A stretch of DNA of 64,000 nucleotides from Tubiluchus corallicola (GCA_030141605.1 JAQGDQ010000537.1:1-64000), one strand, 5' to 3'; counted from the first letter of the stretch, positions 26,690 to 40,411 are shown. Numbers and translations are program-made. Notes: generated from the letters alone by a model not told the origin.

Positions 26690-29567
26690 TTATTTTCATT
26701 TGCCCCATTTTCAACACAACTTTTTTACTTAGCGTCGACGTACCAGTCTACAGGAATCCCAAAATAGCTGCTAGTTTCTTTACACGACTAGATTAGTTAT
26801 TTTCATTTGCCCCATTTTCAACACAACTTTTTTACTTAGCGTCGAGGTACCAGTCTACAGGAATCCCAAAATAGCTGCTAGTTTCTTTACACGACTAGAT
26901 TAGTTATTTTCATTTGCCCCATTTTTAACACGGCTTTTTTACTTAGCGTCGAGGTACCAGTCTACAGGAATCCCAAAATAGCTGCTAGTTTCTTTACACG
27001 ACTAGATTAGTTATTTTCATTTGCCCCATTTATACACAGCTTTTTTACTTAGCGTCGAGGTACCAGTCTACAGGAATCCCAAAATAGCTGCTAGTTTCTT
27101 TACACGACTAGATTAGTTATTTTCATTTGCCTCATTTATACGCAGCTTTTTTACTTAGCGTCGAGGTACCAGTCTACAGGAATCCCAAAATAGCTGCTAG
27201 TTTCTTTACACGACTAGATTAGTTATTTTCATTTGCCTCATTTATACACAGCTTTTTTACTTAGCGTCGAGGTACCAGTCTACAGGAATCCCAAAATAGC
27301 TGCTAGTTTCTTTACACGACTAGATTAGTTATTTTCATTTGCTCCATTTTTAACGCAGCTTTTTTACTTAGCGTCGAGGTACCAGTCTACAGGAATCCCA
27401 AAATAGCTGTTAGTTTCTTTACACGACTAGATTAGTTATTTTCATTTGCCCCATTTATACACAGCTTTTTTACTTAGCGTCGAGGTACCAGTCTACAGGA
27501 ATCCCAAAATAGCTGCTAGTTTCTTTACACGACTAGATTAGTTATTTTCATTTGCCTTATTTATACACAGCTTTTTTACTTAGCGTCGACGTACCAGTCT
27601 ACAGGAATCCCAAAATAGCTGCTAGTTTCTTTACTCGACTAGATTAGTTATTTTCATTTGCCCCATTTTTAACACGGCTTTTTTACTTAGCGTCGAGGTA
27701 CCAGTCTACAGGAATCCCAAAATAGCTGCTAGTTTCTTTATACGACTAGATTAGTTATTTTCATTTGCCCCATTTTCAACACAGCTTTTTTACTTAGCGT
27801 CGACGTACCAGTCTACAGGAATCCCAAAATAGCTGCTAGTTTCTTTACACGACTAGATTAGTTATTTTCATTTGCCTAATTTTTAACGCAGCTTTTTTAC
27901 TTAGCGTCGAAGTACCAGTCTACAGGAATCCCAAAATAGCTGCTAGTTTCTTTACACGACTAGATTAGTTATTTTCATTTGCCCCATTTTCAACACAGCT
28001 TTTTTACTTAGCGTCGAGGTACCAGTCTATAGGAATCCCAAAATAGCTGCTAGTTTCTTTACACGACTAGATTAGTTATTTTCATTTGCCCCATTTTCAA
28101 CACAGCTTTTTTACTTAGCGTCGAGGTACCAGTCTACAGGAATCTCCAAAATAGCTGCTAGTTTCTTTATACGACTAGATTAGTTATTTTCATTTGCCCC
28201 ATTTTTAACACAGCTTTTTTACTTAGCGTCAAGGTACCAGTCTACAGGAATCCCAAAATAGCTGCTAGTTTCTTTATACGACTAGATTAGTTATTTTCAT
28301 TTGCCCCATTTTTAACACAGCTTTTTTACTTAGCGTCAAGGTACCAGTCTACAGGCATCCCAAAATAGCTGCTAGTTTCTTTACACGACTAGATTAGTTA
28401 TTTTCGTTTGCCCCATTTTCAACACAACTTTTTTGCTTAGCGTCGAGGTACCAGTCTACAGGAATCACCAAAATAGCTGCTAGTTTCTTTACACGACTAG
28501 ATTAGTTATTTTCATTTGCCTCATTTATACACAGCTTTTTTACTTAGCGTCGAGGTACCAGTCTACAGGAATCCCAAAATAGCTGCTAGTTTCTTTACAC
28601 GACTAGATTAGTTATTTTCATTTGCCCAATTTTTAACGCAGCTTTTTTACTTAGCGTCGAAGTACCAGTCTATAGGAATCCCAAAATAGCTGCTAGTTTC
28701 TTTACACGACTAGATTAGTTATTTTCATTTGCCTCATTTATACACAGCTTTTTTACTTAGCGTCGACGTACCAGTCTACAGGAATCCCAAAATAGCTGCT
28801 AGTTTCTTTACACGACTAGATTAGTTATTTTCATTTGCCTCATTTATACACAGCTTTTTTACTTAGCGTCGAGGTACCAGTCTACAGGAATCCCAAAATA
28901 GCTGCTAGTTTCTTTACACGACTAGATTAGTTATTTTCGTTTGCCCCATTTTCAACACAACTTTTTTGCTTAGCGTCGAGGTACCAGTCTACAGGAATCA
29001 CCAAAATAGCTGCTAGTTTCTTTGTACGACTAGATTAGTTATTTTCATTTGCCCCATTTTCAACACAACTTTTTTACTTAGCGTCGAGGTACCAGTCTAC
29101 AGGAATCCCAAAATAGCTGCTAGTTTCTTTACACGACTAGATTAGTTATTTTCGTTTGCCCCATTTTCAACACAACTTTTTTGCTTAGCGTCGAGGTACC
29201 AGTCTACAGGAATCACCAAAATAGCTGCTAGTTTCTTTGTACGACTAGATTAGTTATTTTCATTTGCCCCATTTTCAACACAACTTTTTTGCTTAGCGTC
29301 GAGGTACCAGTCTACAGGAATCCCAAAATAGCTGCTAGTTTCTTTACACGACTAGATTAGTTATTTTCGTTTGCCCCATTTTCAACACAACTTTTTTACT
29401 TAGCGTCGAGGTACCAGTCTACAGGAATCTCCAAAATAGCTGCTAGTTTCTTTATACGACTAGATTAGTTATTTTCATTCGCCCCATTTATACACAGCTT
29501 TTTTACTTAGCGTCGACGTACCAGTCTACAGGAATCCCAAAATAGCTGCTAGTTTCTTTACACGACT
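26690..29567. repeat. 107-bp satellite array, ~27 copies
   Basis: TATTTTCATT recurs at 26691, 26798, 26905 and onward. Units are head-to-tail with no spacers. Confidence 0.98.
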
Positions 29568-29877
29568 TTATACGACTACGATTAGTTACTTGTTTTCGTC
29601 ATTTTGGACTTAATTGCTTGACTCTTGATTCTATTTTCATTCGGCTGTTTTGCGTCACTCTATATTGCTAGGAGGCACTTGTACAGATTCTGCATGGAAA
29701 GGCATCGGTTTTCTTTAAATTGCCCGTCGATCTGTTGTCAAGTGTTTCAGTCTTCATAGTTTGGTTATGATGAGTTTCACTAGGTGGGTCATGATGGCTG
29801 TTTCCCACACAGAACCCATGGCTTCCTGCACTCGCAGAAACATTTGAGCATCTTTGATGTTTTTGGTGCACATTGGT

Positions 29878-30030
29878 ACATTGCATGCTGGGATTGTTAT
29901 AATGCAAGCCGGGATTGTTACAATGCATGCTGGGATAGTTACAATGTACAATGCAAGCCGGGGTAGTTACAGTGCATGCTGGGATTGTTACAATGCAAAC
30001 CGAGATTGTTACAATGTATGCTGGGATTGT
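29878..30030. repeat. 21-bp minisatellite
   Basis: ACAATGCATGCTGGGATTGTT-like units. Confidence 0.85.
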
Positions 30031-30343
30031 TATTGCATTGAGCGGCGAGCTTAATAGATGACTGTGGCAGTACCGCAACTTATTCATTTAGGAAAGATAA
30101 TCTTCTGGGAAGAAACACTGAATCGGCAGAGGTTACCCACGTTATACACCCCCCAACAAGAGAAATGGCCGCTAAATTAACTTGCACAGTTCTTATCTAT
30201 TGGCTAACCAAGTCCAGTATTGCTGAACTTGTCCAGCCAATTTTTAAGAGGAGACAGACGTTTTAATGAACCTTTGTTTTCTAGCACAAAAGTCTGCACT
30301 TACCTACCCAAATCAAGAAATGCTGCTCAGTACACTTATTTAA

Positions 30344-30800
30344 AGGCCAACAACACCAAGTTTTAAACTATAGCCCAAAATAATGTATAATGTATAAAAT
30401 ATTGAAACAGAACATAAATGTTTTTGTGAGAGTGACTTACGTGAAAGAACTGCTAGAACGGAAGTTTAATTCCACGTTCACACCCTGTTACGCGCATTTC
30501 TTCATTCACTTGTTAGATGGACGGAGCGCCTGCGTCTCGAAACCACGTTTGCACATGAAACGTGCCATGTACCTCTGTTCGTTTGTGACGTATCACGTAT
30601 CTGTGGTGAAATCGCATGATACATTTTTAAACATAAATTTGCTCACGTTTTGTATGTCGCACTCAATATTGTGTAGTAGAATTGGACGCTCATGGAATGT
30701 TTGTGCTGCTGAAAATTATGTTCGTTTGTGATGATAGGTGTTAACATGTATAGTTTTTATTATATTTCAAAATATGAAAAAATCATCCTGTTTTTTTTTA
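30344..30800. mobile_element. Family A-related diverged copy
   Basis: Starts TTAA|AGG, has A-like internal blocks (GTGACTTACGTGAAAG, CGCTCATGGAAT..GCTGAAAATTATG) and an AAAATCATCCTG end. Confidence 0.6.
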
Positions 30801-31319
30801 AATATTGTCTTGTTGTTACACAGGAGGGAACGTTTTACCTCGAAGGGTAGTCTTGCTGCATTTTGCTCTACATATCTACACTGGCTTCTTTTTCCTTGCA
30901 TCCCTACGCAAAGCGATGGAGATTGGTTGAATAACCCCATATTTTTATTGGCGCAGCATCTTCATCATAATGATGCTTTTGTTTGCCGCGTGACATGGTG
31001 ATTTGTTTGCAAGCGGCGACGGACGCGTTGACATTTTACGCCGCGCACATCCGCCTTGATAAATAGATCTTGCTCGGTAAGACACGCTGCTAATAAAATT
31101 TTTGCTCGGCGGCTATCGGTCTAATTTGCGGTGACATTTGCTCTTAGAAAATTAACTTTGAGATTTTCTTTAACGACGAAACTAATGACATTAATGCGCA
31201 GTTTGTCTAATAACGTCCGTAAGACTGCGCTTGATGTCATTACGTTGTAAGGTAATTATACTAATGCGTAATAATATTAATACGCAGTACTAATTTTACT
31301 GGCATCGTATTTTACAAGT

Positions 31320-32240
31320 CATGTAGAATGCAAATGCTGTACGTAGCAACGGGTAGAATGTAAATGCTGTACGTAGCAACGGGTAGAATGTAAATGCTGT
31401 ACATACCAGAGGGTGGAATGCAAATGCTGTACGTAGCAGAAGGTGGAATGCAAATGCTGTACGTAGCAGAGGGTGGAATGCAAATGCTGTACGTAGCAGA
31501 AGGTGGAATGCAAATGCCGTACGTAGCAGAGGGTGGAATGCAAATGCTGTACGTAGCAGAGGGTGGAATGCAAATGCCGTACATAGCAGAGGGTGGAATG
31601 CAAATGCTGTACGTAGCAGAGGGTGGAATGCAAATGCCGTACGTAGCAGAGGGTGGAATGCAAATGCTGTACGTAGCAGAGGGTTGAATGTAAATGCTGT
31701 ACGTAGCAGAGGGTGGAATGCAAATGCTGTACGTAGCAGAGGGTGGAATGTAAATGCTGTACGTAGCAGAGGGTGGAATGCAAATGCTGTACGTAGCAGA
31801 GGGTGGAATGCAAATGCTGTACGTAGCAGAGGGTGGAATGCAAATGCTGTACGTAGCAGAGGGTGGAATACAAATGCTGCATGTAGCTACAGAAAGGATG
31901 CAAATACTGCACACAGAAACTAATAGAATGCAAGTGCTGCATGCAGCAACTGCTAGACTACAAGCACCGTATGCAACAACTGATAAAATGCAAATGCTGT
32001 ATGCGACAACTTATAGAATACAATTGCTGTATGCGACAACTTATAGAATACAATTGCTGTATGCAGCAACATACAGAAAGTGCAAATGCTATACACAGCA
32101 ATAGGTAGAATGAAAATGCTATACACCGCAATAGATAGAATGCAAATGCTGTTCACAGCAATGGATATAGAACGGCTCTAAAAAGCAATAAACAGAATGT
32201 AAATTCTGTACAAAGCAATAGGTAAAGTGGAAATGCTGGG
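31320..32240. repeat. 30-bp minisatellite with a degenerate right flank
   Basis: Unit GGTGGAATGCAAATGCTGTACGTAGCAGAG; homogeneous 31410-31870, decaying outward. Confidence 0.96.
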
Positions 32241-32946
32241 AGCGAGCAAATGGCGACATAACATTGATAATTTATGTATTCATAAATGTACCAATACAAC
32301 AACCAGATTTTTTGTTTTGTTTTGTTGTTTTGTATGCAATTAACGACATTCCATTCACCATTTGGTCTACACGCTTAGTGGCTTTTTACGTGTCCTCAGC
32401 TGCCCTGGTTGCTCGTTATCAAATATGAAGCTTTAGATAAAAGATTTTCCGTATTCTCAGTTTCCCTCTAAATGGCTTCCTGAACAGTAAAGAGGACAAT
32501 TGCACTTGGTTGGAGCCGAAACCACTGAATATCAATTTGCGTGTTAATGCATAATAAATACGATGAACTCCCCCATGCTTCTATAGTTATAATGCACATT
32601 GAGCCCACGAAGCTCATTTTACTATAACTCATAATGGCTTCATTAATGGATAGATTCAGAAAAGCTGGCTTCACATTCGTGCATAAATTTGCACGGCTTT
32701 TATCTGTCTGAAGAAACACACGTGCTTAGTATGGATTGTTTATTGCATTATACCATGTCGTAATAGATTGAAGTTAAACAACTATATTGTTGTTGTTTTT
32801 GTTGTTGTTGTGGCAGTAGCGGCAGCGGTGGCATCGTCGTCATCGTTATTATTACTATTACTGCTGCTGGTACTGCTACTTCGCTTATTGTTTTTATTTT
32901 AACTTGTTTATTCGTGGTTATTAATTTGTTTACTTCAGGATCAACA

Positions 32947-33117
32947 ATGAGCGAATGGATTGTTGCCATCACTATCGTCGGCGTCAGTTTACTGGTTGCC
33001 TTGGTGATAACCATACTGTGCCGTACCTATGGTTTTGTACAGTGGGTGGTTAAGTGGCTGGGGGAGGATGAGGAAAAGGTGATGCTGACAAAGCACGAGC
33101 AGTACAATGGTTACATG
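32947..33117 (+). CDS. Syt12: Synaptotagmin-12-like, coding exon 1 (ATG, N-terminal transmembrane helix)
   Basis: Acceptor ttcag ends 32938, ATG at 32947. Encodes MSEWIVAITIVGVSLLVALVITILCRTYG...NGYM (hydrophobic TM followed by Cys). Phase-0 donor GTAAAA at 33118. The acceptor upstream of the ATG implies an untranslated upstream exon. Confidence 0.85.
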
Positions 33118-33254
33118 GTAAAAGCTTTTTTGCACCTTCTCACGTTTTCTGCACAACAAAAACTAAAACTTTGAACAGTTTTTTTTCATTGAGACGTAAA
33201 TTAATTTTTTAGCTGGACCTTTAAAATGTGCATATTACCTTTTACAGATGTCAG

Positions 33255-33307
33255 TATCATCATGATCATGATCATCATCATCATCATCATCATCGTCGTC
33301 GTCGTCG

Positions 33308-33343
<36 letters not shown>

Positions 33344-33420
33344 CCAGCATCACCATCATCATATCATGCCATCATCATTACCATCATCATCATCATCACC
33401 AGCATCACCACCATCATCAT
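33255..33420. repeat. (CAT)n microsatellite
   Basis: Direct reading. Confidence 0.95.
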
Positions 33421-33949
33421 TAATATTTTTTACTCAAGCATAATTCTTTTAGAGATGAGAATTTGTCAGTTTTTAAGTTGTTAAGACCAACCCAACTTTG
33501 TCCAATGCTGTTGTCTTGCTGTGACATTTCATCGCTGTAATGGCGCCTGTTAGCATGATTTCTGAACCGATGTTCTCTAAAACATTAACTTTGTTGTGAA
33601 CTGAATGTTAAAAGTAGCTGACAGCATTAAAATGCGGCTGTTGCATTGTGGTTAAACGTTACAAGTTGCATTCCCCAAGGAGAGACGCGGTCATCTTGAA
33701 TTACGTCTAACTTTTCACTGCTAAAATGTTCCGGGAATTTTTCAATTCGCTAATGGCTGTTCATAGAAAGTTTGTCTTCCGCGTGGAGACATGTTAACAT
33801 CGTCAGCGAAACCTTAGACTATTGTATGAAGCATGAAATTTGCCTGATATTTGTCTACATGCAAAGAAACAGATGGGCACAGATGCATCAAGGTGTTTTA
33901 CTCATTGAGGACCGCATCAATCAAAACAGGTCTTATATTAATTTGTGAT

Positions 33950-34698
33950 AATTTACTTATGTCTGTGCTCATACAGGAGCAGAAAAGTCGTAAGGTCTTA
34001 TAAGACCTATTTCAATTTGTAATCATTTACTTATGTCTGTGCCCATACAGTAGCAGAAAAGTCGTAAGGTCTTATAAGACTTATTTCAATTTGTAATCAT
34101 TTAGTTATGTCTGTGCCCATACAGTAGCAGAAAAGTCGTAAGGTCTTATAAGACCTATTTTAATTTGAAATCATTTAGCTATGTCTGTGCCCATACAGTA
34201 GCAGAAAAGTCGTAAGGTCTTATAAGACCTATTTCAATTTGTAATCATTTACTTATGTCTGTGCCCATACAGTAGCAGAAAAGTCGTAAGGTCTTATAAG
34301 ACTTATTTCAATTTGTAATCATTTAGCTATGTCTGTGCCCATACAGTAGCAGAAAAGTCGTAAGGTCTTATAAGACCTATTTCAATTTGTAATCATTTAG
34401 CTATGTCTGTGCCCATACAGTAGCAGAAAAGTCGTAAGGTCTTATAAGACCTATTTTAATTTGAAATCATTTAGCTATGTCTGTGCCCATACAGTAGCAG
34501 AAAAGTTGTAAGGTCTTATAAGACTTATTTCAATTTGTAATCATTTAGTTATGTCTGTGCCCATACAGTAGCAGAAAAGTCGTAAGGTCTTATAAGACTT
34601 ATTTCAATTTGTAATCATTTAGCTATGTCTGTGCCGATACAGTAGCAGAAAAGTCGTAAGGTCTTATAAGACCTATTTTAATTTGTGACCATTTAGTT
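33950..34698. repeat. 74-bp minisatellite, ~10 copies, each with a 16-bp palindrome
   Basis: GTCTGTG at 33961, 34035, 34109 and onward; AGGTCTTATAAGAC(C/T)T in every unit. Confidence 0.97.
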
Positions 34699-34765
34699 AA
34701 TCGATTTTTAATTTGTCTAAGGTAAGCAGTCAATACCTGTAATTATATTTTTTCTTTACTTTCAG

Positions 34766-34997
34766 GTAGACGACAATGACTATAGTCTGCATCAACCTTA
34801 CGCCATGTATGAAAAGATCTCTAGTCTCAACACCCCACCGTATCCAGGTAGTGAAGCCACGTGGAAGGAACTTCAATCCAAGTGGATAAACCAACCACTG
34901 GAGAAAGAAATGGTAAAGGATGAAACTGGACCTGATGCGATAGAAAGCGAACAAGTCAGTAGTCGAACGGAAAGCCCTACAGAGTCGGCATCTGTTG
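34766..34997 (+). CDS. Syt12: Synaptotagmin-12-like, coding exon 2 (linker)
   Basis: Polypyrimidine tract plus ttcag ending 34765. Open frame VDDNDYSLHQPYAMYEK...TESASV-G, phase-1 donor GTGAGT at 34998. Phases fit both neighbours. Confidence 0.8.
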
Positions 34998-35032
34998 GTG
35001 AGTTTGAAAAACTTTTCAGTGTTATCACAGTA

Positions 35033-35423
35033 AGCCTTTTCACAGTTCCAGCGATTGATGATGATCGTGAAAAGGTCAAAGGTTAAGTCTACCAAACAAC
35101 GCATTTGTATACACTTGACAACACCTCGCAGCCCATGCTATTGTAATAGTAACTGTTTTAACAGCTAGCTAGAATCTTACCTAGTTCATCTTTTCTTGTT
35201 CCCAAGCAAGACCCTGCTAGTAAATCACTCTGCGCTGTCTGCTATGCACATATTAATGCATAATTAAGTAAATTCCAGGTAAAACAAGTGAAGTTACTGA
35301 ACTAATGCAGCAGACGGCTTTGCTTTACCCACATGTCGCGTGCCGTTGTAATTAGGATGCGTTGCTGTGGTACACTTTGCCTGCAGCAAGTGCGCGTGCG
35401 CATAACGAAACTGCGAAAAGGCT
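35033..35423. mobile_element. Family C MITE in Syt12 intron 2
   Basis: TA|AGCCTTTTCACAGTT...AACTGCGAAAAGGCT. Confidence 0.85.
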
Positions 35424-37074
35424 CTGTGTTATTCAAACCTTGAATGATAAAGCACACATGCAATAGAGGTAGGGAATCTCAGCAAACTCTGCCATATATG
35501 GCAACATAAACCCTAATCTGTTCAGCCAATATGCCTAATAGACAGTTTATGGCTTTCAGTTTATTAACTGAACGAGTTAAGATTAAATTTCCACAGAAAA
35601 TATGAAATTTCGCCCATTGCAGTAGTTTAATTAATTAGCGCGCCTGGTATGGCTTCCTAGAACATGTTACTGTAATTATGTGTAAGAATAATGAATTTCC
35701 AGTAATTATGTGAAAGTTATTGGCTGGAGTGTACTGGAACTGTGTACGGCTGTTGTTTAGCATGTGTAAATTTATACAATTCAACATACTGCAAACTATA
35801 ATCATTCAGTAATTTAACATACTCAAAAGGTTAAAAACTGCTATAGTTTTAGAATCGTATGTTTTAAGTAAGAATGAGATTATAATTAGTGGCTGTATAA
35901 AGTTTGATATGTTATTATAGTCGCTGTTTTTTTAAAAACGTTTTTTTTATTTTTAGCCAAAGTATTTTTAAAGCAAAAGCCAAGCGTCTCGAGGAGTTCA
36001 GCTTATTTTAATATTTGACAAAAATGTTAGAAAATTTCAGCAATTAAATTGTGATAAGCATCTCGTGTAATTAGTAAAATCAATTTAAAGTCGCGATCAC
36101 TTCACGTTTGGGGGCGCTCATTTTACACAAAAATGGCGTCATCCGGTTTCCGTGCAATATAAACAATCATCCCGCCAGGTACTTCAGAATCTTTTTGTAA
36201 CTTCTAGAGCGAACTTCTAATTAAGTAACCAGCCCAGCACCTACTACGTGCTGGCAAGTTTACATGTTTATCTAAAAATTGACAAAAATCTACAATTTAA
36301 TTATTTACACAATTAATGTTACTTAATTACACATTTTAAGCAGTAATCTTGTAGATTAAAGCAATGTAACCGCTTTAAATTTGATCATAATTGATCGAAT
36401 GATTAATTTCTAGATAAACACAGTTAAACACAACATTAGAATAACGGAACTTCTAAGCAAAATGTAGAAATTTTGCAACGCGTACTTCACACAGCTTGCC
36501 TTCACGGCATACACGCTGTCCAACATACACAAGCTTACGTCATTTTTTTCAAATATGCCAGCAGCAATATTCGTTTGGCGGGAGATTACATTTTTAAGCA
36601 AAGCGTTCTATGCACATATTTTGTATTGTGATTTCAATATTTTTAATTGCGTACTAATTTTAATGCAATAAATGTTGTTAGAGGGTTGATTTTTCCTTTA
36701 ATACGCATTTTGGTTTTTAGTTAGTAATTTTAATCTGTTTATCAATAATTTTTTGTTGTAAATAGATGTAATATGTGCACTGAAATAAAATCTAATCTAA
36801 TCAATGTGTACGGTTTTGGGCTTGTGGCGGTACCGGACAATACTCATTATCACGATTAATGCCCAACACGAGTCACTGAACCGACAGAAGATGTCCTAGC
36901 CACGTTCAGGTGCAAAGGGTTTGCAAAGCACACACCGTGACCTCTTGGCTATTCATCAGCAAAATATGTCAAGACATTGCATCTTTTCCACAGTATTTTG
37001 CATCACCTAAATGATGCTTAGAGAAGCTGTGGAAGAGGCTGCAGGATTTACGTTGAATTTTCTCTCATTTACAG

Positions 37075-37225
37075 GTTCTACTGAAAGTCTACCAGAAATT
37101 TCACCAAATCTACACAGAGCCATGTCATGTGATAGTGTGAACTCTGATTCTTCCGTTCTGGAAGAATCCCTAATTCCTGGATCGCCAACTTGTGGAATGA
37201 TAGAATGCGGCTTCGATTATGATAA
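37075..37225 (+). CDS. Syt12: Synaptotagmin-12-like, coding exon 3 (linker end, C2A start)
   Basis: Acceptor tttacag. Encodes STESLPEISPNLHRAMSCDSVNSDSSVLEE...CGMIECGFDYD-K, resembling (from memory) the human SYT12 RKSQSADSLNSISSV...GQVEVSMEYD segment. Phase-2 donor GTACGT at 37226. Confidence 0.88.
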
Positions 37226-37364
37226 GTACGTGTTGAGTTGTCAATTATTCGTTCATGGAATATTCCATTCATTTGTTGAATCATTGCGTCATTAGTCAAT
37301 CAGTTAGTCTCATATTCAACCACCTGCTTTGATAACTATTTGACTAACCGGCTACTGGTAACCA

Positions 37365-37790
<426 letters not shown>

Positions 37791-38499
37791 CGTCCCTTCC
37801 ACTACTGTACTGTACAACAATCGATCTATCTAAACTAAAAACACCATCTTCGTATTTCTGAGTTGACTTTATGGGATTTCATAGAACTATTATGTTTGCA
37901 TTAGCTCTGCAAAGTTCTCTGTTCTAACAGTATTTTATGATTATCACATAAATTATGCAAGAGTTTATTTAAAACACCCGCGAGCCATTTCCTGTCATCA
38001 ACAATCTAATTTATGAAGACTCAAGCGAATTAAATACTGAGATGTTCTTGATAAATTTCACAGGCGACTCCGTCGAGAGAAAGAGTCTATGTTGTAAATT
38101 TCGTTTTTAAATCGTATTATCTTTAATTTAAGAAGACATTTGTGAGCAAAGCGGCTGCCGTAAATTGCAATTAAGCAGCTGGACATGTCCCACGTGACCC
38201 GCCTAAGAAAAATATTACAGCTAAGAGTTTTGCCTGTTTTTCTCGGCTTTCTAGTACACCACAAGCTGTTAATTATTGTCATTTGATAAAGTTTAAAGCT
38301 TTAGTCTGGCGTGAGTGAAATGGACACACTTTAAACTTGGAAGTCAAATCTTATGCTGCCACGCATAGAAACACAAGAAGTTTAATTAATTAGCTTATCA
38401 TGATATAGTGATATATCATGAGTGAAAATCAGTGAAAATCATGATATAAATATAATATAATATGATATAGTATAACGTATTATACCACTCACAGTGAAA

Positions 38500-38780
38500 C
38501 TTAATGTAACATAATGTAACCTTACCATAACATGGCATGACACGACACGACATGATGTAACCTAACATAAGATAACGTAACGTAACATAACAAGATAATA
38601 ACGTAATGTAATGTGACATAGCGCAACATAAGGTAGGGTAACGTAACATAACAAGATAATAACATAATGTAATGTGACATAGCGCAACATAAGGTAGGGT
38701 AACGTAACATAACGTAACGGAATGAGACATAACATAACACAACACAACGCAACATAACACAATGCAACATAACGTAATAA
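38500..38780. repeat. Degenerate (ACATA/ACGTA)n pentamer repeat with an internal duplication
   Basis: Direct reading. Confidence 0.85.
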
Positions 38781-38949
38781 TGACATTACAGACATGTTTG
38801 CTTGCAACTTTCTTTAACTCTTTCAGATTCTACTCTGATGATGTTTGTTTATTATCAATAAACATTAAGAGATCAGATAATGAAACATTTTGTTTACGCA
38901 GTTCAATGCTCTACAAGCTTGAACTCAGCACATAATGTAGAGTTTACTT

Positions 38950-39163
38950 CCTTTCTTTCTCTCTCTCTTTCTCTTTCTGTATATTTCTCTCTCTCTCTCT
39001 TCTCCTCCCTCTCTCTTTCTCTCCTTCCCTTCCCTCCCCTCTCTTTCTTTCTCTCTCTCTTTCTCCTCCCCTCTCTCTTTCTCTCTCTCGTTCTCTCTCT
39101 CTCTTTCTGCTCCCTCTCTTCTCTCTCCCCTTATCTCTTTCTCCCTCTTTCTCTCCTTCCATC

Positions 39164-39228
<65 letters not shown>

Positions 39229-39247
39229 ACTCTCTCTGTCTCTCTCA
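38950..39247. repeat. (CT)n-rich tract
   Basis: Direct reading. Confidence 0.95.
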
Positions 39248-39784
39248 TATGAATCTGCTAGGCGTAGTCAGTAATAACAAACATGTATTTTGTTCACGCG
39301 TAAAGCCATTTTTATTATTCTGCATTCTCGCAGGACTGCATGAATTTCTAGGCTATCACAGTGGTATTGTATATACACCATCGAAACCACATACGACATG
39401 CATCTTAATCTCGCGAGAACCATTCTAATACTTATAAACCCAATCCCGTTGTGACCATGTATAATATCCTTATTGAATTTGTGTGACTGTGATGAAAGCA
39501 AATTATATTGTGTCTATGACTGTGTTACTTGTACAATCTTCGGGCAAGCCATAGATAAAGACGTTAGGCTGTCGTATGCTTGTCCAAATTGGATACACAG
39601 CTATAAAAATTGTTGCAATGCTGATTGGTACGAGGAGAGCTCATGTTAGCTGGTGTGAATACTGTAAAACTGTAAAACTGTAAAGTCTTAAGGGAATTTG
39701 TTATGATTTTCAGCAAGAATGTGATTTCAGCAAGAATTTATTTGCAACTTTAATTCCTGTTTCTTGTTATTGTCAGTGTTGTAG

Positions 39785-40160
39785 TTTTGTTGTTGTTGTT
39801 GTTGTTGTTGCTGCTGCTGCTGTTGCTGCTGTTGTTGCTGTTGCTGCTGCTGCTGCTGCTGCTGCTGTTGTTGTTGGTAGTGGCGGTTGTTGCTAGTGTG
39901 TTGTTGTCGTCGTCATCGCCGTTTCGTTGTAGTTTTTGTTGTTGTTGTTGTTGCTGCTGCTGCTGCTGCTGTTGTTGTTCTTCTTGTTTTTGTTGTTGCT
40001 ACTACTGCTGCGTTGCCGTCATTGTTGTCGTTGTTGTTGCTGTTGTCGTCGTTATCGTGGCTGTTGTTGCTGTTGCTGGTGTTGGTTTTGTTGTCGCTAT
40101 TCACACTTGTCGTCACCAACACTACGACTACGACTACTACCAATGCCACAACCACCGCCA
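39785..40160. repeat. (TTG/CTG)n trinucleotide repeat
   Basis: Direct reading. Confidence 0.95.
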
Positions 40161-40281
40161 CCAACACCCGAAGATTCCCGTAGTTCATCATTTCATTAAT
40201 CTGTCAGTTTTTCTTATTAATGTACACTACTTATCATTCTGACAGTGATCCTCATGTTATAAAATGAATTCTTGTTTGTAG

Positions 40282-40411
40282 GGAAATATCAGAATTAGCA
40301 GTGAGCGTTATACAGGGACGTGACCTAGTACTTAGTGAGAATTCTAGCGCCTTTGATAGCTATGTGAAGATTATTCTACAGCCTGATACAGATGGTAAAA
40401 ATCAAACCAGG
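40282..40411 (+). CDS. Syt12: Synaptotagmin-12-like, coding exon 4 (C2A)
   Basis: Acceptor ttgtag. Encodes EISELAVSVIQGRDLVLSENSSAFDSYVKIILQPDTDGKNQTR. Phase-0 donor GTAAGT at 40412. Absent from the ORF track; translated by hand. Confidence 0.92.

Noticed and set aside
26690-29567. 107-bp array as a CRISPR-like repeat-spacer locus
   Set aside because: The variable window consists of point variants of one sequence, not unique spacers. There are no cas genes and the context is eukaryotic.
31312-31942. 200-aa repetitive ORFs on both strands (also 40540-40947, 44598-44873, 46556-47468)
   Set aside because: They are open only because the minisatellite units lack stop codons.
33950-34698. Palindrome-containing 74-bp array as CRISPR
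   Set aside because: Sequences between the palindromes are near-identical, so this is a plain tandem repeat.
34998-35086. ORF-track extensions past exons 2, 3, 7 and 8
   Set aside because: Read-through beyond canonical GT donors into intron or MITE sequence; the spliced frame matches Syt12.
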